Shown here one piece after another: positions 29,806 to 40,270 of a stretch of 60,808 nt of DNA. Source of the DNA: an uncultured Pseudomonadota bacterium (GTDB lineage Bacteria; Pseudomonadota; Alphaproteobacteria; RF32; CAG-239); NCBI GenBank assembly GCA_949295005.1, contig CASFJL010000004.1, positions 1 to 60,808 on the forward strand, written 5' to 3'. Position 1 is the first letter of the stretch; the number at the start of each line of letters is the position of its first letter. The position numbers and the translations under genes are program-made. Under the pieces are notes generated by a model, which was not told where the DNA came from, did no database searches, and saw only the letters and a list, made by a program, of their open reading frames with translations.

Positions 29806-31593
29806 TTATCCAAAAACCTTTTTATCCAGTTTTTCCAGCTCATCAATATAACCTGATATCAATTTCAAGCCCATATTCCAGAATTTTGGATCATTGGGAT
29901 TCAAACCAAAGGGTTTTAATAGTTTATCATAATCGGTAATGGCTGTTTTTTCCAACATTTGCAGATATTTTTTCGGAAAATCTTTAACGCTGCCGTCTTG
30001 ACTGACCTGATACAACGAGTTGACCAAGCAATCAGCAAATGAATAAGCGTATACATAAAACGGCAAGAAGAAGAAATGTCCGACTTGAAGCCAGATATAT
30101 GCCGAATTTTCATCAACATTGACATAAGGTCCCAAAACATCTTTCTGAACTTCTACCCAGATATCTGCCAAGCGCTGCTCAGACAATTCGCCTAACTTTC
30201 TTTCTTCATGCGCTTTGCTTTCAAAAAAGTGGAAAGCAATTTGGCGGAAAGCAGTGTTAATCATGTCATTGACTTTGGAGGCAATTAAGCACAATTTGGT
30301 TTTATCGTCCTTAATATTTCTCAGCATGGACTGGAAGGTAATCATCTCACCAAAAACAGAAGCAACTTCTTCTGAAGTCATACGTGAGGTTTCGTTCAAA
30401 TCGCCGTTCTTTTGTCTCAGGCGCATATGGCAACCATGCCCCAACTCATGCGCCAAAGTCAAAACATCATTTTCTTTGCCAACAAAGTTCAGCAACAAAT
30501 AGGGGTGCTTAACACTGCTCGTACCGGCGGCAAAAGCACCGCTTCTCTTGCCATCACGCGGCGGAACATCAATCCATGCATTTTCAAAAAACGGCAAAGC
30601 TGTTTCATAGAGTTCGGGAGAAAATTCTTTATATGCATTCAAAACGGTTTGAACCGCCTCATCCCAGCTATAATGTAAATCTGCTGAAAATGGCAAAGGT
30701 GCGTTTCTGTCCCAATATTCAATTTTATCAACGCCCAACCATTTGGCTTTTAATTTATAAAAACGATGGCTGATGTTTTTGTAATTCTCTTTTACTGTGT
30801 TTGCTAAAGCATCAACCACTTCATCCGTGACATTTTCACTTAAATTGCGTTCAGATACCGGTTTTTTATATTTTCTTTTATTATCTTCAATTGATTTATC
30901 TTTAATCACCATATTGTAGATAAAAGTAAACAAAGGAGAGTTTTCTTTGCTGACGCGGTTTAGCTCCTTGCCGGCTTTTTCTCTGACTTTGGCATCTTTA
31001 TCTTGCAATAACTTTGAGATTTCGGCATCGTTATATTCTTTGCCGTCAATCACAAACTTTAATCTAGAAGATTGTTCTTCATACAAGCGAACCCAAGCCG
31101 CTGAAGATGTGACAGATTTTTCTAACAAAACTTCTTCCACTTCTTCACTCAATTCGTGTTTCTTAAAGCGTAACACTCTTTCAAACCACGGCTTGTAGAA
31201 AGAAACTTTTTCATCTTTGAGCCATTCTTTGATTTTCTTGTCCGATAATTGATTGATTTCTAAAGTAAAGAAAACCAATGGTTTGGCATATTCTGTCAAG
31301 GCCTCACTGGTATTTTGATAAAAAGCCATAGCCTCACCGTTTTTCATTTGAGTACACATATTTAAATAAGCAAACTCACCCAAAATGGTGCCCAATGTAT
31401 CCAAATGCTCATATTCAACCAAAGCGTTATACATTTTTTTGGCATCTAAATCTGCCAATTTGCCCTTATATTTTTTGGCAAAATCGGCGGCTTTTTTCTT
31501 ATATTCAGCTAAGTCTTTTTTTATTTTAGGGTCTTGCATTCCATTGTATAAATCAGACAAGTCCCATGCCGGAAGCTCATTTTGTTTTTTCAT
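29806..31593 (-). CDS. pepF: M3B oligoendopeptidase F
   Basis: WDLSDLY, GKRSGAF, TLAHELGH, FYVYAYSF. Confidence 0.92.
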   Translation of the reverse strand: MKKQNELPAWDLSDLYNGMQDPKIKKDLAEYKKKAADFAKKYKGKLADLDAKKMYNALVEYEHLDTLGTILGEFAYLNMCTQMKNGEAMAFYQNTSEALTEYAKPLVFFTLEINQLSDKKIKEWLKDEKVSFYKPWFERVLRFKKHELSEEVEEVLLEKSVTSSAAWVRLYEEQSSRLKFVIDGKEYNDAEISKLLQDKDAKVREKAGKELNRVSKENSPLFTFIYNMVIKDKSIEDNKRKYKKPVSERNLSENVTDEVVDALANTVKENYKNISHRFYKLKAKWLGVDKIEYWDRNAPLPFSADLHYSWDEAVQTVLNAYKEFSPELYETALPFFENAWIDVPPRDGKRSGAFAAGTSSVKHPYLLLNFVGKENDVLTLAHELGHGCHMRLRQKNGDLNETSRMTSEEVASVFGEMITFQSMLRNIKDDKTKLCLIASKVNDMINTAFRQIAFHFFESKAHEERKLGELSEQRLADIWVEVQKDVLGPYVNVDENSAYIWLQVGHFFFLPFYVYAYSFADCLVNSLYQVSQDGSVKDFPKKYLQMLEKTAITDYDKLLKPFGLNPNDPKFWNMGLKLISGYIDELEKLDKKVFG

Positions 31594-32029
31594 TTAAAAC
31601 ATCCTTATTTTGTTGAATATCTTTCATTTCCATAAATTCATTTAATTTTTTGATTTGTTCCATATTCATATTTCGGTCAACATCATTTTCAAAAAAAGCA
31701 TCTTCAGGTAAAACAGGCTCAAATATATAATTATCCCATGGTGTTTTTTGTTTTCCGTCAAACCACAAAGAAAAACCTTGTTTAATCACCCCTAAATCGC
31801 ACCAAGAATTTTTCAAAACAGCTTTAATTCCGCAAAGAAATTTTTTTTCTTCAGGACAATTCATAATATTTTTTGCCATTGTTTCGGTGCATGGAATAAA
31901 ACCTCTTTTTTGTAAATCATATCTGGGAGAAACCAAAACCAATAAGAAAAACAAAAAACCAAACAACAAAATCAAACTGATAAAAAATCCAAACCAATAT
32001 TCTTTCATAAAAATATAAAGTTTTTTCAT
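31577..32029 (-). CDS. Hypothetical membrane-anchored protein
   Basis: N-terminal TM segment and Cys-containing domain; ATGA overlap with the upstream gene. Confidence 0.7.
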   Translation of the reverse strand: MKKLYIFMKEYWFGFFISLILLFGFLFFLLVLVSPRYDLQKRGFIPCTETMAKNIMNCPEEKKFLCGIKAVLKNSWCDLGVIKQGFSLWFDGKQKTPWDNYIFEPVLPEDAFFENDVDRNMNMEQIKKLNEFMEMKDIQQNKDVLNEKTK

Positions 32030-32757
32030 TTTTTCAATCTTTCTTGATACAATTTTTCCAAAAGCGCCAATTCTTCTTGAGTATTAGCGGCAGAAGCCTC
32101 ATAAACAGAACATTCAATAGCACTGCATTTCAAACCTTTTTTCAAAGCAATGCTAACAGCATCTGTCAAATAAAATTCACCGGCGGCATTGTTATCAGAA
32201 ATTTCATCTAAAATATCAAACATTTTAGCTCCGTCAAAACACATCATACCGGAGTTGCAAAATTTAACGGCTTTTTCTTCATCTGTTGCATCTTTATATT
32301 CAACAATGCGTTGCAGCTCACCGTCTTTCATAATCAAACGACCATATCTAGCGGCATCTTCAGGCACAAATCCCACGCAAACCACGGCATAACCTTCACG
32401 ACGTTTTTGCAAAATTTTTTCAATTGTCTCAGTTGTATAGAGAGGTTGGTCGCCAAAAATAACCAAAATATCACCCTCAAATCCTTTTAATAAATCTTTT
32501 GCGCATTTAACGGCATGCCCTGTTCCCAATTGCTTGTCTTGAACACAAGTTTTATAAGGAGCAACTTCTTTTTTTACCAAATCGCCCTCAGGTGAAATAA
32601 CTGTAATAATTTCAGACACGCCAGCTTTTTCCAAAGTATTAATAATATGTTTGATCATAGGTTTTCCACACACAGGCATCATCACTTTAGGCAAGTCAGA
32701 TTTCATTCTTGTACCTTTACCGGCACCCAAAATAATTGCAGCTATTTTTTCACTCAT
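32026..32757 (-). CDS. glmU: GlmU N-terminal uridyltransferase domain only (no acetyltransferase domain)
   Basis: LGAGKGTRMKSDLPKV, QLGTGHAV, GDQP, YGRL, IVEYKDAT, NNAAGEFYLTD; stops after the linker helix. Confidence 0.85.
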   Translation of the reverse strand: MSEKIAAIILGAGKGTRMKSDLPKVMMPVCGKPMIKHIINTLEKAGVSEIITVISPEGDLVKKEVAPYKTCVQDKQLGTGHAVKCAKDLLKGFEGDILVIFGDQPLYTTETIEKILQKRREGYAVVCVGFVPEDAARYGRLIMKDGELQRIVEYKDATDEEKAVKFCNSGMMCFDGAKMFDILDEISDNNAAGEFYLTDAVSIALKKGLKCSAIECSVYEASAANTQEELALLEKLYQERLKK

Positions 32758-32843
32758 TTTAAATCCTTTCTTTTATAATATATTAATGAATATGAGTTTA
32801 TTCTAGCAGAGGTATAATTTTTATTAACAATAAAGAGACTTTT

Positions 32844-34955
32844 ATGAAAAAACTTTTTTTTGCAATATGTTTCAGCATATACAGTATATCTGCCCAAGCT
32901 GAAGTTCGCGGAGTTTTAGACTACAACCAAGCACAAACACAAGCCCACTCCCTAAGTTTGGAAGAGCAAAACAGCATCATGAGAGAAAGACAAAAATTTT
33001 ATCAAATGCCTGCAGAAGAAATGCGTAACTATTTGCAAGAAAGATTAAAAAATGTCGTAGTAACCAAATTTGATAATGAAGACGGCTTAGGTGGTAGCGG
33101 AGCAATGAGTATTGAAAAATCACCTGAAGCCAAAGAAATAGAAAAACAAGCAAATAAAAGTTTTTTTGAAAGAGTTTATGATAATGCAATGAATAGTGTT
33201 ATCAATTTATCAAAACCACGCCCCAAAGCCCCCTTATATTCTGAAAATAAAAAAATATTACCTTCTGCGGCAGAAAAAGCTTTATACCAACAAATACAAT
33301 CCATGCAAAACCAACAAACAAGCGGTCCTGTGATTGAAACAACTCTTCCGCCAAACAACACAAAAGTTTTGATTCCGGCAATGGAACATATCCCTTATTA
33401 CTTCTCGCAAATAGAAATTTTACCCGATTCTTTAGGCAAGTTTACAGACACAATTGTTGTTGTTGCCAATAATGAAAAAATAAAAAACGGGTTAATCAGA
33501 GCCTTTCCAAAATATATAATCAACCGAGAAGGTGAACGCCAAAAATTATCTTATAACATTATAGATGTAAAAATAAATGAAAAATCAATACCTTACAAAA
33601 TTATTGATAGAGGAAACTATATTTTCTTTGAGCCTAAATACAACACACCGTTAATTCCGGGTGTGTACCAATTTTCTTTTGAATATACCATCAACAATAT
33701 CATATTAAGTTATGAAAACTTTGATGAATTTTATTGGAACATAAACGGCAATATTTGGAATATGGTCATAGCCAGAATGGGAGCAGCCCTCTCCTTACCT
33801 GCGGGAACAGAGCCGCTTGGTCAAGTTGCATTATCCGGATATGTTGGTAATTGGAATGAAAATAATGTTGAATTTTACAGCAATTCCAACCAAAAAAACA
33901 TCATAGGTTTGCAATCTAAAAAACCGTTATTTATAGGAGAAAGCGTCAACCTTATCTTATCTATTCCCAAAGATATGGTAAATATAACCTCATTTAACGG
34001 AAAATTATTAAATTTCATCAATCAATATGGCAATATTCTTTTTGCCTTCATTGGTTTTTTGGTCATAGCCATATCTTATATTCTTTCCTGGAGAGATTTT
34101 ATAAAAAATCCGCAAAAATATAACTACAGCTCAAAAAACCCATATTTAATGCATTATGTTATTGAAAATAAAATAGATTTAAAAAATTATGGCATCTTTT
34201 TGTTAGAACTATTCAAAAAAAACATCATTGATATTGAAAAAAATGAGCAAAATATATTTTTAATAAAAAGAACAGACAATTTTGCAAGCTTAAACAAAAA
34301 TGAAAAAAAAGCACTTTCTTGCTTGTTTAACAACCATGAAGCAACTCTAAATATAAATGATAACAATCAAGAAAAACTAAAATCATCAACCTTTTTTGTT
34401 ATAAAAAACATAAAAGAACAAATTTTTAAATTCAAATTAAAGTTATGTTATCCTTATTTAGGCTTTGGAATAGCCATGCTTATTTTATCTCAAATTGCAA
34501 TTGCACTTTTGGAAAACAATTTTAACTATTATTTATCTTTTCTTTTAATTGCAGATATTTTATTTGCCTCATTTATTTATTTGTTTAGAATAAATTTTAA
34601 AGAGAAATGGATAAGAATATTTGCCAAAACATTTGCGATTTTTGGATTAGGAAGCACCATATTCTTATTATTGGCTATCATTAATTTAAGCGCTTCAATA
34701 TTTATATTAGCCTCCGTAATCAGCATAATGATATTTATCAAACAAACATTTACAACCAATGTGTTATTAAAATTCTGCGCAGCAAAAGCCAATGAATTAA
34801 TAAAAATGTATAAAGAAAAAAGAGAGACTTTCTCTATTGGTAATGAATTTTTCCGAAACCAAACCCTAATTTTTGCCTTAAACTGTGAAGATTTGTATGA
34901 TAACGAACAATCAAAAATACCTTTAATCAATAAGATCATAGAAAAGATTGAATAA
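32844..34955 (+). CDS. DUF2207-like membrane protein
   Basis: Signal peptide; IKNGLIRAFP, FDEFYWNINGN.W, several C-terminal TM helices. Confidence 0.7.
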   Translation: MKKLFFAICFSIYSISAQAEVRGVLDYNQAQTQAHSLSLEEQNSIMRERQKFYQMPAEEMRNYLQERLKNVVVTKFDNEDGLGGSGAMSIEKSPEAKEIEKQANKSFFERVYDNAMNSVINLSKPRPKAPLYSENKKILPSAAEKALYQQIQSMQNQQTSGPVIETTLPPNNTKVLIPAMEHIPYYFSQIEILPDSLGKFTDTIVVVANNEKIKNGLIRAFPKYIINREGERQKLSYNIIDVKINEKSIPYKIIDRGNYIFFEPKYNTPLIPGVYQFSFEYTINNIILSYENFDEFYWNINGNIWNMVIARMGAALSLPAGTEPLGQVALSGYVGNWNENNVEFYSNSNQKNIIGLQSKKPLFIGESVNLILSIPKDMVNITSFNGKLLNFINQYGNILFAFIGFLVIAISYILSWRDFIKNPQKYNYSSKNPYLMHYVIENKIDLKNYGIFLLELFKKNIIDIEKNEQNIFLIKRTDNFASLNKNEKKALSCLFNNHEATLNINDNNQEKLKSSTFFVIKNIKEQIFKFKLKLCYPYLGFGIAMLILSQIAIALLENNFNYYLSFLLIADILFASFIYLFRINFKEKWIRIFAKTFAIFGLGSTIFLLLAIINLSASIFILASVISIMIFIKQTFTTNVLLKFCAAKANELIKMYKEKRETFSIGNEFFRNQTLIFALNCEDLYDNEQSKIPLINKIIEKIE

Positions 34956-34978
34956 AAAAAGCCTTCCGGCTTTTTTTT
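34954..34978. terminator. Bidirectional terminator
   Basis: AAAAAAAGCC-TTCC-GGCTTTTTTT. Confidence 0.75.
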
Positions 34979-35756
34979 ATTGCTCACTTTGTTTTTTATA
35001 GACATAGCAAAAATATTGATACATATGCGTTACAAAAGATGTTTTTAATATGGCATCAAAAAATATAACCATATTAATTAAAGCAGAAAAACAAAGTTTT
35101 ATAATAAAATTATCTGTTTTAAAAACCAAATAAACATTTCCAAGCAAATTCAACACTATCAAAGAAGGCAACGCCACAACAACAATTCCTAATACAATTT
35201 TTGTAATATTTCCTTTTGTTAATTCAAAAGATAATTTCAAATTCATGTTTTGATTATCTGTGGCAATTGCAGGAAAAATCAATAAAAGCCTACTGCTGTA
35301 AACAAGCAAAGCCAAACCAACCAAAACACCCAAATTCATCGCCACTTGCTTATTTAAGAGCAAATTAAAAATTGTTCCGCACAAAAAAGTAATCAACGCA
35401 ATACTCAGAACAATCAATAAGGACCAAAAAATATATTTTATTTCTCTTTTGCCAAAATTAAGAGTCATTTCCAAATTTTCATTTAACAAAACTTTTCTAA
35501 TCAAAGCCACGCTGATAGAAATTCCGGCAATATAAGAAACAAAAATATATCCCCATTTAAACTGATGATTCATACATTGCAAATCATCTGAGGTACACAA
35601 AGTCTGAAAACCGGCAACACAATCAAATAAAACCACTAAAAGCAACCATAACACACACATTTTTGCCAAACTGTCTATATGTGCAAAAACATAAGCAAAA
35701 CTTCTATTAACGGCCTCACCTAAAGGAAGATTAATTCTTTTCATTTTTTTCCTCAT
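34977..35756 (-). CDS. Hypothetical polytopic membrane protein
   Basis: About 6 hydrophobic segments; RLLLIFPAIA...SFELTKGN motif. Confidence 0.75.
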   Translation of the reverse strand: MRKKMKRINLPLGEAVNRSFAYVFAHIDSLAKMCVLWLLLVVLFDCVAGFQTLCTSDDLQCMNHQFKWGYIFVSYIAGISISVALIRKVLLNENLEMTLNFGKREIKYIFWSLLIVLSIALITFLCGTIFNLLLNKQVAMNLGVLVGLALLVYSSRLLLIFPAIATDNQNMNLKLSFELTKGNITKIVLGIVVVALPSLIVLNLLGNVYLVFKTDNFIIKLCFSALINMVIFFDAILKTSFVTHMYQYFCYVYKKQSEQ

Positions 35757-36612
35757 TAAACAAATAATTATACTGAAAGATAATGTTATTAAACAGCATC
35801 ATTGCAGAAAAAACAAAGACCCATTCATACAAAATTTCAGAAACAAAAACAGAATACCAATTAACATTTTCAGAAGCGATTCTGGCTTCATGCAAAACAG
35901 AACTCAAAAAGAACAAACCAATTGTTAAAACAAAGAAAAAACCAAACAAAATTCTTCCTTGATTTCCGGCTGTTTTTTTCCAAACATCTTTTAAGGGCAA
36001 TCTTTTATGCTTAAAAACAACACACCCAAAAATCGGATAAAATCTAATATATACAAACGGAGAAACAATAAACAAAAAACAAATGGCAAAAATCAAACTT
36101 TCAATCTGCCAATTTGGATTAGGAACGCGATAATATAAAAACAAGAAAGCCGCCAAAGAAAATATATTTAAAAACAAAGCCAACAATATTTGAGCATAAA
36201 AGACCAAATTTCTTTTATCTAATTGAAGAACATCTCTCCAAGCAGAAGCATTGTTTAATTGTTTCAAGTCAAACCACTTTAAAAAGACAAAGCTCAAAAC
36301 AAAAATTTTAAATAAGATAAAAACAAACAAAGCACTTGCGGAATTAGAACAGCTTAATTCCGAACTATAAGAACAATTTATCGGAAAATTTAAAATTATT
36401 GCCATCAAAGCAAGAACTAAGCTGGCAGAAAAGCTCAAAGCAAAAAATAATTTTAAATTATCAAACAACTGATTTATAGGAGAAAACAATAATTTAAATA
36501 TGGGCAATTTTTTTTGTTTTGGCTCTGAAGCAGGAGCTAAAAAACCACCTTTCTGAAATAGGCGATTATCTCTAATCTTTTCCTGTAATTTTTGCAACAT
36601 TTTATTGAGCAT
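35731..36612 (-). CDS. Hypothetical polytopic membrane protein (distant paralog of the downstream gene)
   Basis: About 6 TM segments; IRFYPIF...VWKKTAGN motif. Confidence 0.7.
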   Translation of the reverse strand: MLNKMLQKLQEKIRDNRLFQKGGFLAPASEPKQKKLPIFKLLFSPINQLFDNLKLFFALSFSASLVLALMAIILNFPINCSYSSELSCSNSASALFVFILFKIFVLSFVFLKWFDLKQLNNASAWRDVLQLDKRNLVFYAQILLALFLNIFSLAAFLFLYYRVPNPNWQIESLIFAICFLFIVSPFVYIRFYPIFGCVVFKHKRLPLKDVWKKTAGNQGRILFGFFFVLTIGLFFLSSVLHEARIASENVNWYSVFVSEILYEWVFVFSAMMLFNNIIFQYNYLFNEEKNEKN

Positions 36613-36613
36613 A

Positions 36614-39600
36614 TTAAATCTCCTTAATTGTTGTTACTCCGGATATTGCTCTTATTTTACTCACAACATCATTAGCAAAAGCATAACCTCCGGCCAATTC
36701 TATTCTCACATCCCAATCAGGTATTTCAGGTTTTATATAAATTTTGTTCACACCGTTCATATCTTGTTTTAACACATCATGCACAAGCTTAACGGCGCTT
36801 TTATCATTAATATAAATAATCATACCATTGGCCACATTTGCAATTGCCTGATCAAGCGTTTCAACCATATTCACCATAGTTCTTGGTTTTAGTTCTTCAT
36901 TTTCTTTACTGATGGAAACACTCACCAATAACGGAAAACCGGAATTAATAACATCTTCATATTTAGCCAAGCCATCAGAAAACAACAAACACTCAAAGTT
37001 ACTTGTTCCGTCAGAAAGCTCCAAAAAAGCATATTTATTACCGGATTTACTAATCCTTTTTTGAAAAGAGGTCACACAACCGGCCAATTTAGCTCTGATA
37101 TTATCCCCTACTCTAACATTTGCATAAACTTCTCCGGCAGGTTTTACGCCCAACTTTTCCATACCTTCTTTATAAGAGTCCAACGGATGAGCAGAAATAT
37201 AAAAGCCAATAGCCTCCGCTTCTACTTTCAATTTTTCCAACTCCGGCCAATCCGGCTTGTCTGCCAATTTAACCTTGGTATGCAATTCTTCTGTTCCGAA
37301 CAATGATGCTTGAGAACTGGTTTTAAGCTCGGTTGAAGAATAAATATGCTGGATAATGGTTTCAATATTGGCAAAAATCTTACCTCTGTTTTTTTCCAAA
37401 CAATCAAAAGCGCCAGCTTTAGTAAGTTGTTCCAACTGGCGACGGTTAATTTGTTTAAAATCCGTCCGATGAATGAAATCAGATAAGTCTTTATACGGAC
37501 CGTTCTTTTTTCTTTCTTCCACAATACTTTGCATATTAGCCGCGCCCACACCTTTTATGGCTCCCAGCGCATAACGAATATTTCCGTTTTCAACCGCAAA
37601 TTCTGCATCTGAGTGATTAATATCCGGCGGCAAAACCTTAAAACCAAGCTTTTTACATTCTTCTTTATAAATTTGCAATTTATCAACATTGGTCATATCC
37701 AATGTCATCACGGCACACATAAACGCAACCGGATAATGCGCTTTTAAATACGCTGTTTGATATGAAACAAGAGAATACGCCGCCGCGTGAGATTTATTAA
37801 AACCATAAGACGCAAACTTTTCCATCTGGTCAAAAATTGCCGTTGCGGTAGCTTCGGGGATTCCTTTTTTCAAAGCACCTTCGGTAAACATAGCGCGTTG
37901 CTTTGGAATTTCATCGCGCATTTTTTTACCCATCACTTTACGGAGTTTATCCGCACCGCCCATAGTATATCCACCCAAAACCTGCGCAATTTTCATAACC
38001 TGTTCTTGATACACCATAATACCGTAGGTTTCGCCCAAAATCGGTGCCAAATCCGGATGCAAATAGGTAATTTCTTCTTCACCGTGTTTACGTTTAATAT
38101 AGGTTGGAATGTTATCCATAGGCCCCGGACGATACAAAGACACAATAGCGATTAAATCTTCAAAACGGTCAGGTCTGATTTGTTTGTGAACATCTTTCAT
38201 ACCCGGAGATTCAAATTGGAACACAGCAGAAGTATCGCCTCTAGACAACATTTGATAAGTTTCTTTATCATCAAGCGGAATATTATCAATATCTAAATCT
38301 ATTCCCTGACTAATCTTAATCCAGTCTACCGCTTTTTTAATAACGGTTAAGGTTTTCAAACCCAAAAAGTCAAACTTAATTAAGCCGGTTTCTTCCACAA
38401 ACTTCATATCATATTGTGTTACCGGCATATCTGCCTTAGGATCTTTGTACAAAGGTACAAGCTCATCTAACGGACGGTCACCGATAACCACGCCGGCCGC
38501 ATGCATACCAGATTGTCTGTACAAGCCCTCAAGCTTCATACCAATATCAAAAAGCTTGTTTATCTGCGGGTCATTTTGGCGCATTTCTTCCAACTCGGGA
38601 ACTTGCTCCAAAGACTCTTTTAAGGTTGGGTTTTTACCTTGAACCCCAGGGGGAATCATTTTAGAAATTTTATCTGCCTGAGAATATGGCATTTGCAACA
38701 CGCGTGCAACATCTCTAATCACGTTTTTGGCTTGCAATTTACCATAAGTAATAATTTGCGCCACATGGTCAAAACCATATTTGTTTTGCACATATTCAAT
38801 GGTTTTGTAGCGGTTTTCTTGGCAGAAGTCCACGTCAAAGTCAGGCATATTTACACGTTCAGGGTTTAAGAAACGCTCAAACAACAAGTCTAACTTCAAT
38901 GGATCCAAGTCGGTAATTTTTAAAGACCAAGCCACAATTGAACCCGCACCGGAACCACGCCCCGGTCCCACCGGCACACCATGACCTTTGGACCAACGAA
39001 TAAAGTCTGACACAATTAAGAAATATCCGGGGAAACCCATTTTCTTAATCACGTTTAACTCATATTCCAAACGCTGATAATATCTCTTGTCTATCTCTTG
39101 TTTTTCTTCTTCGGTCATGCCCTCATAATAAACATGAACCTTCATTCGTTCATTTAAGCCTTTATAGGCTTCTTCGGTAATAAATTCATCTTGAGTTCTG
39201 CCATTTGGACACTCAAAAATAGGCAATAGAGGATCAACTTTTTGAGAGATAAAATTGCAACGCATGGCAATATTAACCGTGTTTTCAATAGCTTCCGGAA
39301 TATCTTTGAAAAGTTCAATCATTTCCTCTGCGCTGCGCAAACGATTGTTCGGAGAAAAGCGTCTTCTGTTTTCATTGGCCACATATTCACCTTCTGCAAT
39401 GCAGATTAAGGCATCATGCGCCTCGTACATATCCGCATTCATAAAATAAGCTTCATTTGTTGCCACAAGAGGAATATTGTATTTATATGCCCAATCAATA
39501 AAAGTATCTTCGGTTTTCTTTTCTTGTTCCAGACCAATACGAGAAATTTCCATATAAAAGCGATTACCGAAAATCTCATGCAATTTAACAATATTGGCTT

Positions 39601-40084
39601 CGGCTTCTTCTTTACGGTTTTCAAGGAGCAAACGTCCGGCTTGGCCTTCCCAACCACCGCTCAAACAGATAAGACCTTCATTTAATTCTTCCAAATCACT
39701 CATTTTAAGTTGAGCGCGTTCTCCTTTGGGTGGATTATCCAAATAAGAGCGTTTCATCAAATGCATTAGGTTTTTATAACCTGTTTCATTCATCACCAAA
39801 ATAATAAGTTTGTCCGGTTCTATGATACGTCCTTTAGATTTCAGCACATCATCGGCGTCTGGATTGCGCAAAAAAAACTGTGTTCCCAAAATTGGTTTAA
39901 CACCTTCATCTGAAGCATATTTTGACAAAGCTTTTCCGCAAAAAAGATTAGCAGTATCCGTAATGGCTATGGCCGGAATATTATTATCATGCAGATAATG
40001 TATCAGCTTAGGCACAAGAATAGCACCTTCAGATAAAGAATAAGCAGAATGAACGCGCAAATGCACAAAAGCCGGTGCAGACAT
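36614..40084 (-). CDS. dnaE: DNA polymerase III alpha subunit
   Basis: FVHLRVHSAYSL PHP domain, GPGRGSGAGS, FERFLNPERVNMPDFDVDF, KFDFLGL, YGFNKSH. Confidence 0.98.
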   Translation of the reverse strand: MSAPAFVHLRVHSAYSLSEGAILVPKLIHYLHDNNIPAIAITDTANLFCGKALSKYASDEGVKPILGTQFFLRNPDADDVLKSKGRIIEPDKLIILVMNETGYKNLMHLMKRSYLDNPPKGERAQLKMSDLEELNEGLICLSGGWEGQAGRLLLENRKEEAEANIVKLHEIFGNRFYMEISRIGLEQEKKTEDTFIDWAYKYNIPLVATNEAYFMNADMYEAHDALICIAEGEYVANENRRRFSPNNRLRSAEEMIELFKDIPEAIENTVNIAMRCNFISQKVDPLLPIFECPNGRTQDEFITEEAYKGLNERMKVHVYYEGMTEEEKQEIDKRYYQRLEYELNVIKKMGFPGYFLIVSDFIRWSKGHGVPVGPGRGSGAGSIVAWSLKITDLDPLKLDLLFERFLNPERVNMPDFDVDFCQENRYKTIEYVQNKYGFDHVAQIITYGKLQAKNVIRDVARVLQMPYSQADKISKMIPPGVQGKNPTLKESLEQVPELEEMRQNDPQINKLFDIGMKLEGLYRQSGMHAAGVVIGDRPLDELVPLYKDPKADMPVTQYDMKFVEETGLIKFDFLGLKTLTVIKKAVDWIKISQGIDLDIDNIPLDDKETYQMLSRGDTSAVFQFESPGMKDVHKQIRPDRFEDLIAIVSLYRPGPMDNIPTYIKRKHGEEEITYLHPDLAPILGETYGIMVYQEQVMKIAQVLGGYTMGGADKLRKVMGKKMRDEIPKQRAMFTEGALKKGIPEATATAIFDQMEKFASYGFNKSHAAAYSLVSYQTAYLKAHYPVAFMCAVMTLDMTNVDKLQIYKEECKKLGFKVLPPDINHSDAEFAVENGNIRYALGAIKGVGAANMQSIVEERKKNGPYKDLSDFIHRTDFKQINRRQLEQLTKAGAFDCLEKNRGKIFANIETIIQHIYSSTELKTSSQASLFGTEELHTKVKLADKPDWPELEKLKVEAEAIGFYISAHPLDSYKEGMEKLGVKPAGEVYANVRVGDNIRAKLAGCVTSFQKRISKSGNKYAFLELSDGTSNFECLLFSDGLAKYEDVINSGFPLLVSVSISKENEELKPRTMVNMVETLDQAIANVANGMIIYINDKSAVKLVHDVLKQDMNGVNKIYIKPEIPDWDVRIELAGGYAFANDVVSKIRAISGVTTIKEI

Positions 40085-40201
40085 ATAACCCCTTTTCCCT
40101 AAAACAATTTTTTCAAATTATATCAAATTTCTTTATATTAACAACACTTAAATTTTGCTTATCCTCTACCTTAAACCAAAGCTAAAAACTTAATAAAAAA
40201 A

Positions 40202-40248
40202 ACTAAGGTTTTGTCAGAAACACAACCATTTCGCAACAAAACCTTAGT
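40202..40248 (-). terminator. Long inverted repeat, likely terminator after the ADP-dependent kinase
   Basis: ACTAAGGTTTTGT / ACAAAACCTTAGT (13 bp), with a T-tract on the minus strand. Confidence 0.6.
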
Positions 40249-40270
40249 AAAGATATAAAAACAAAATACA

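Noticed and set aside
36614-40084. Possible intein or intron in dnaE (also checked nrdA/nrdB)
   Set aside because: Lengths are normal, reading frames are continuous, and there are no splicing motifs
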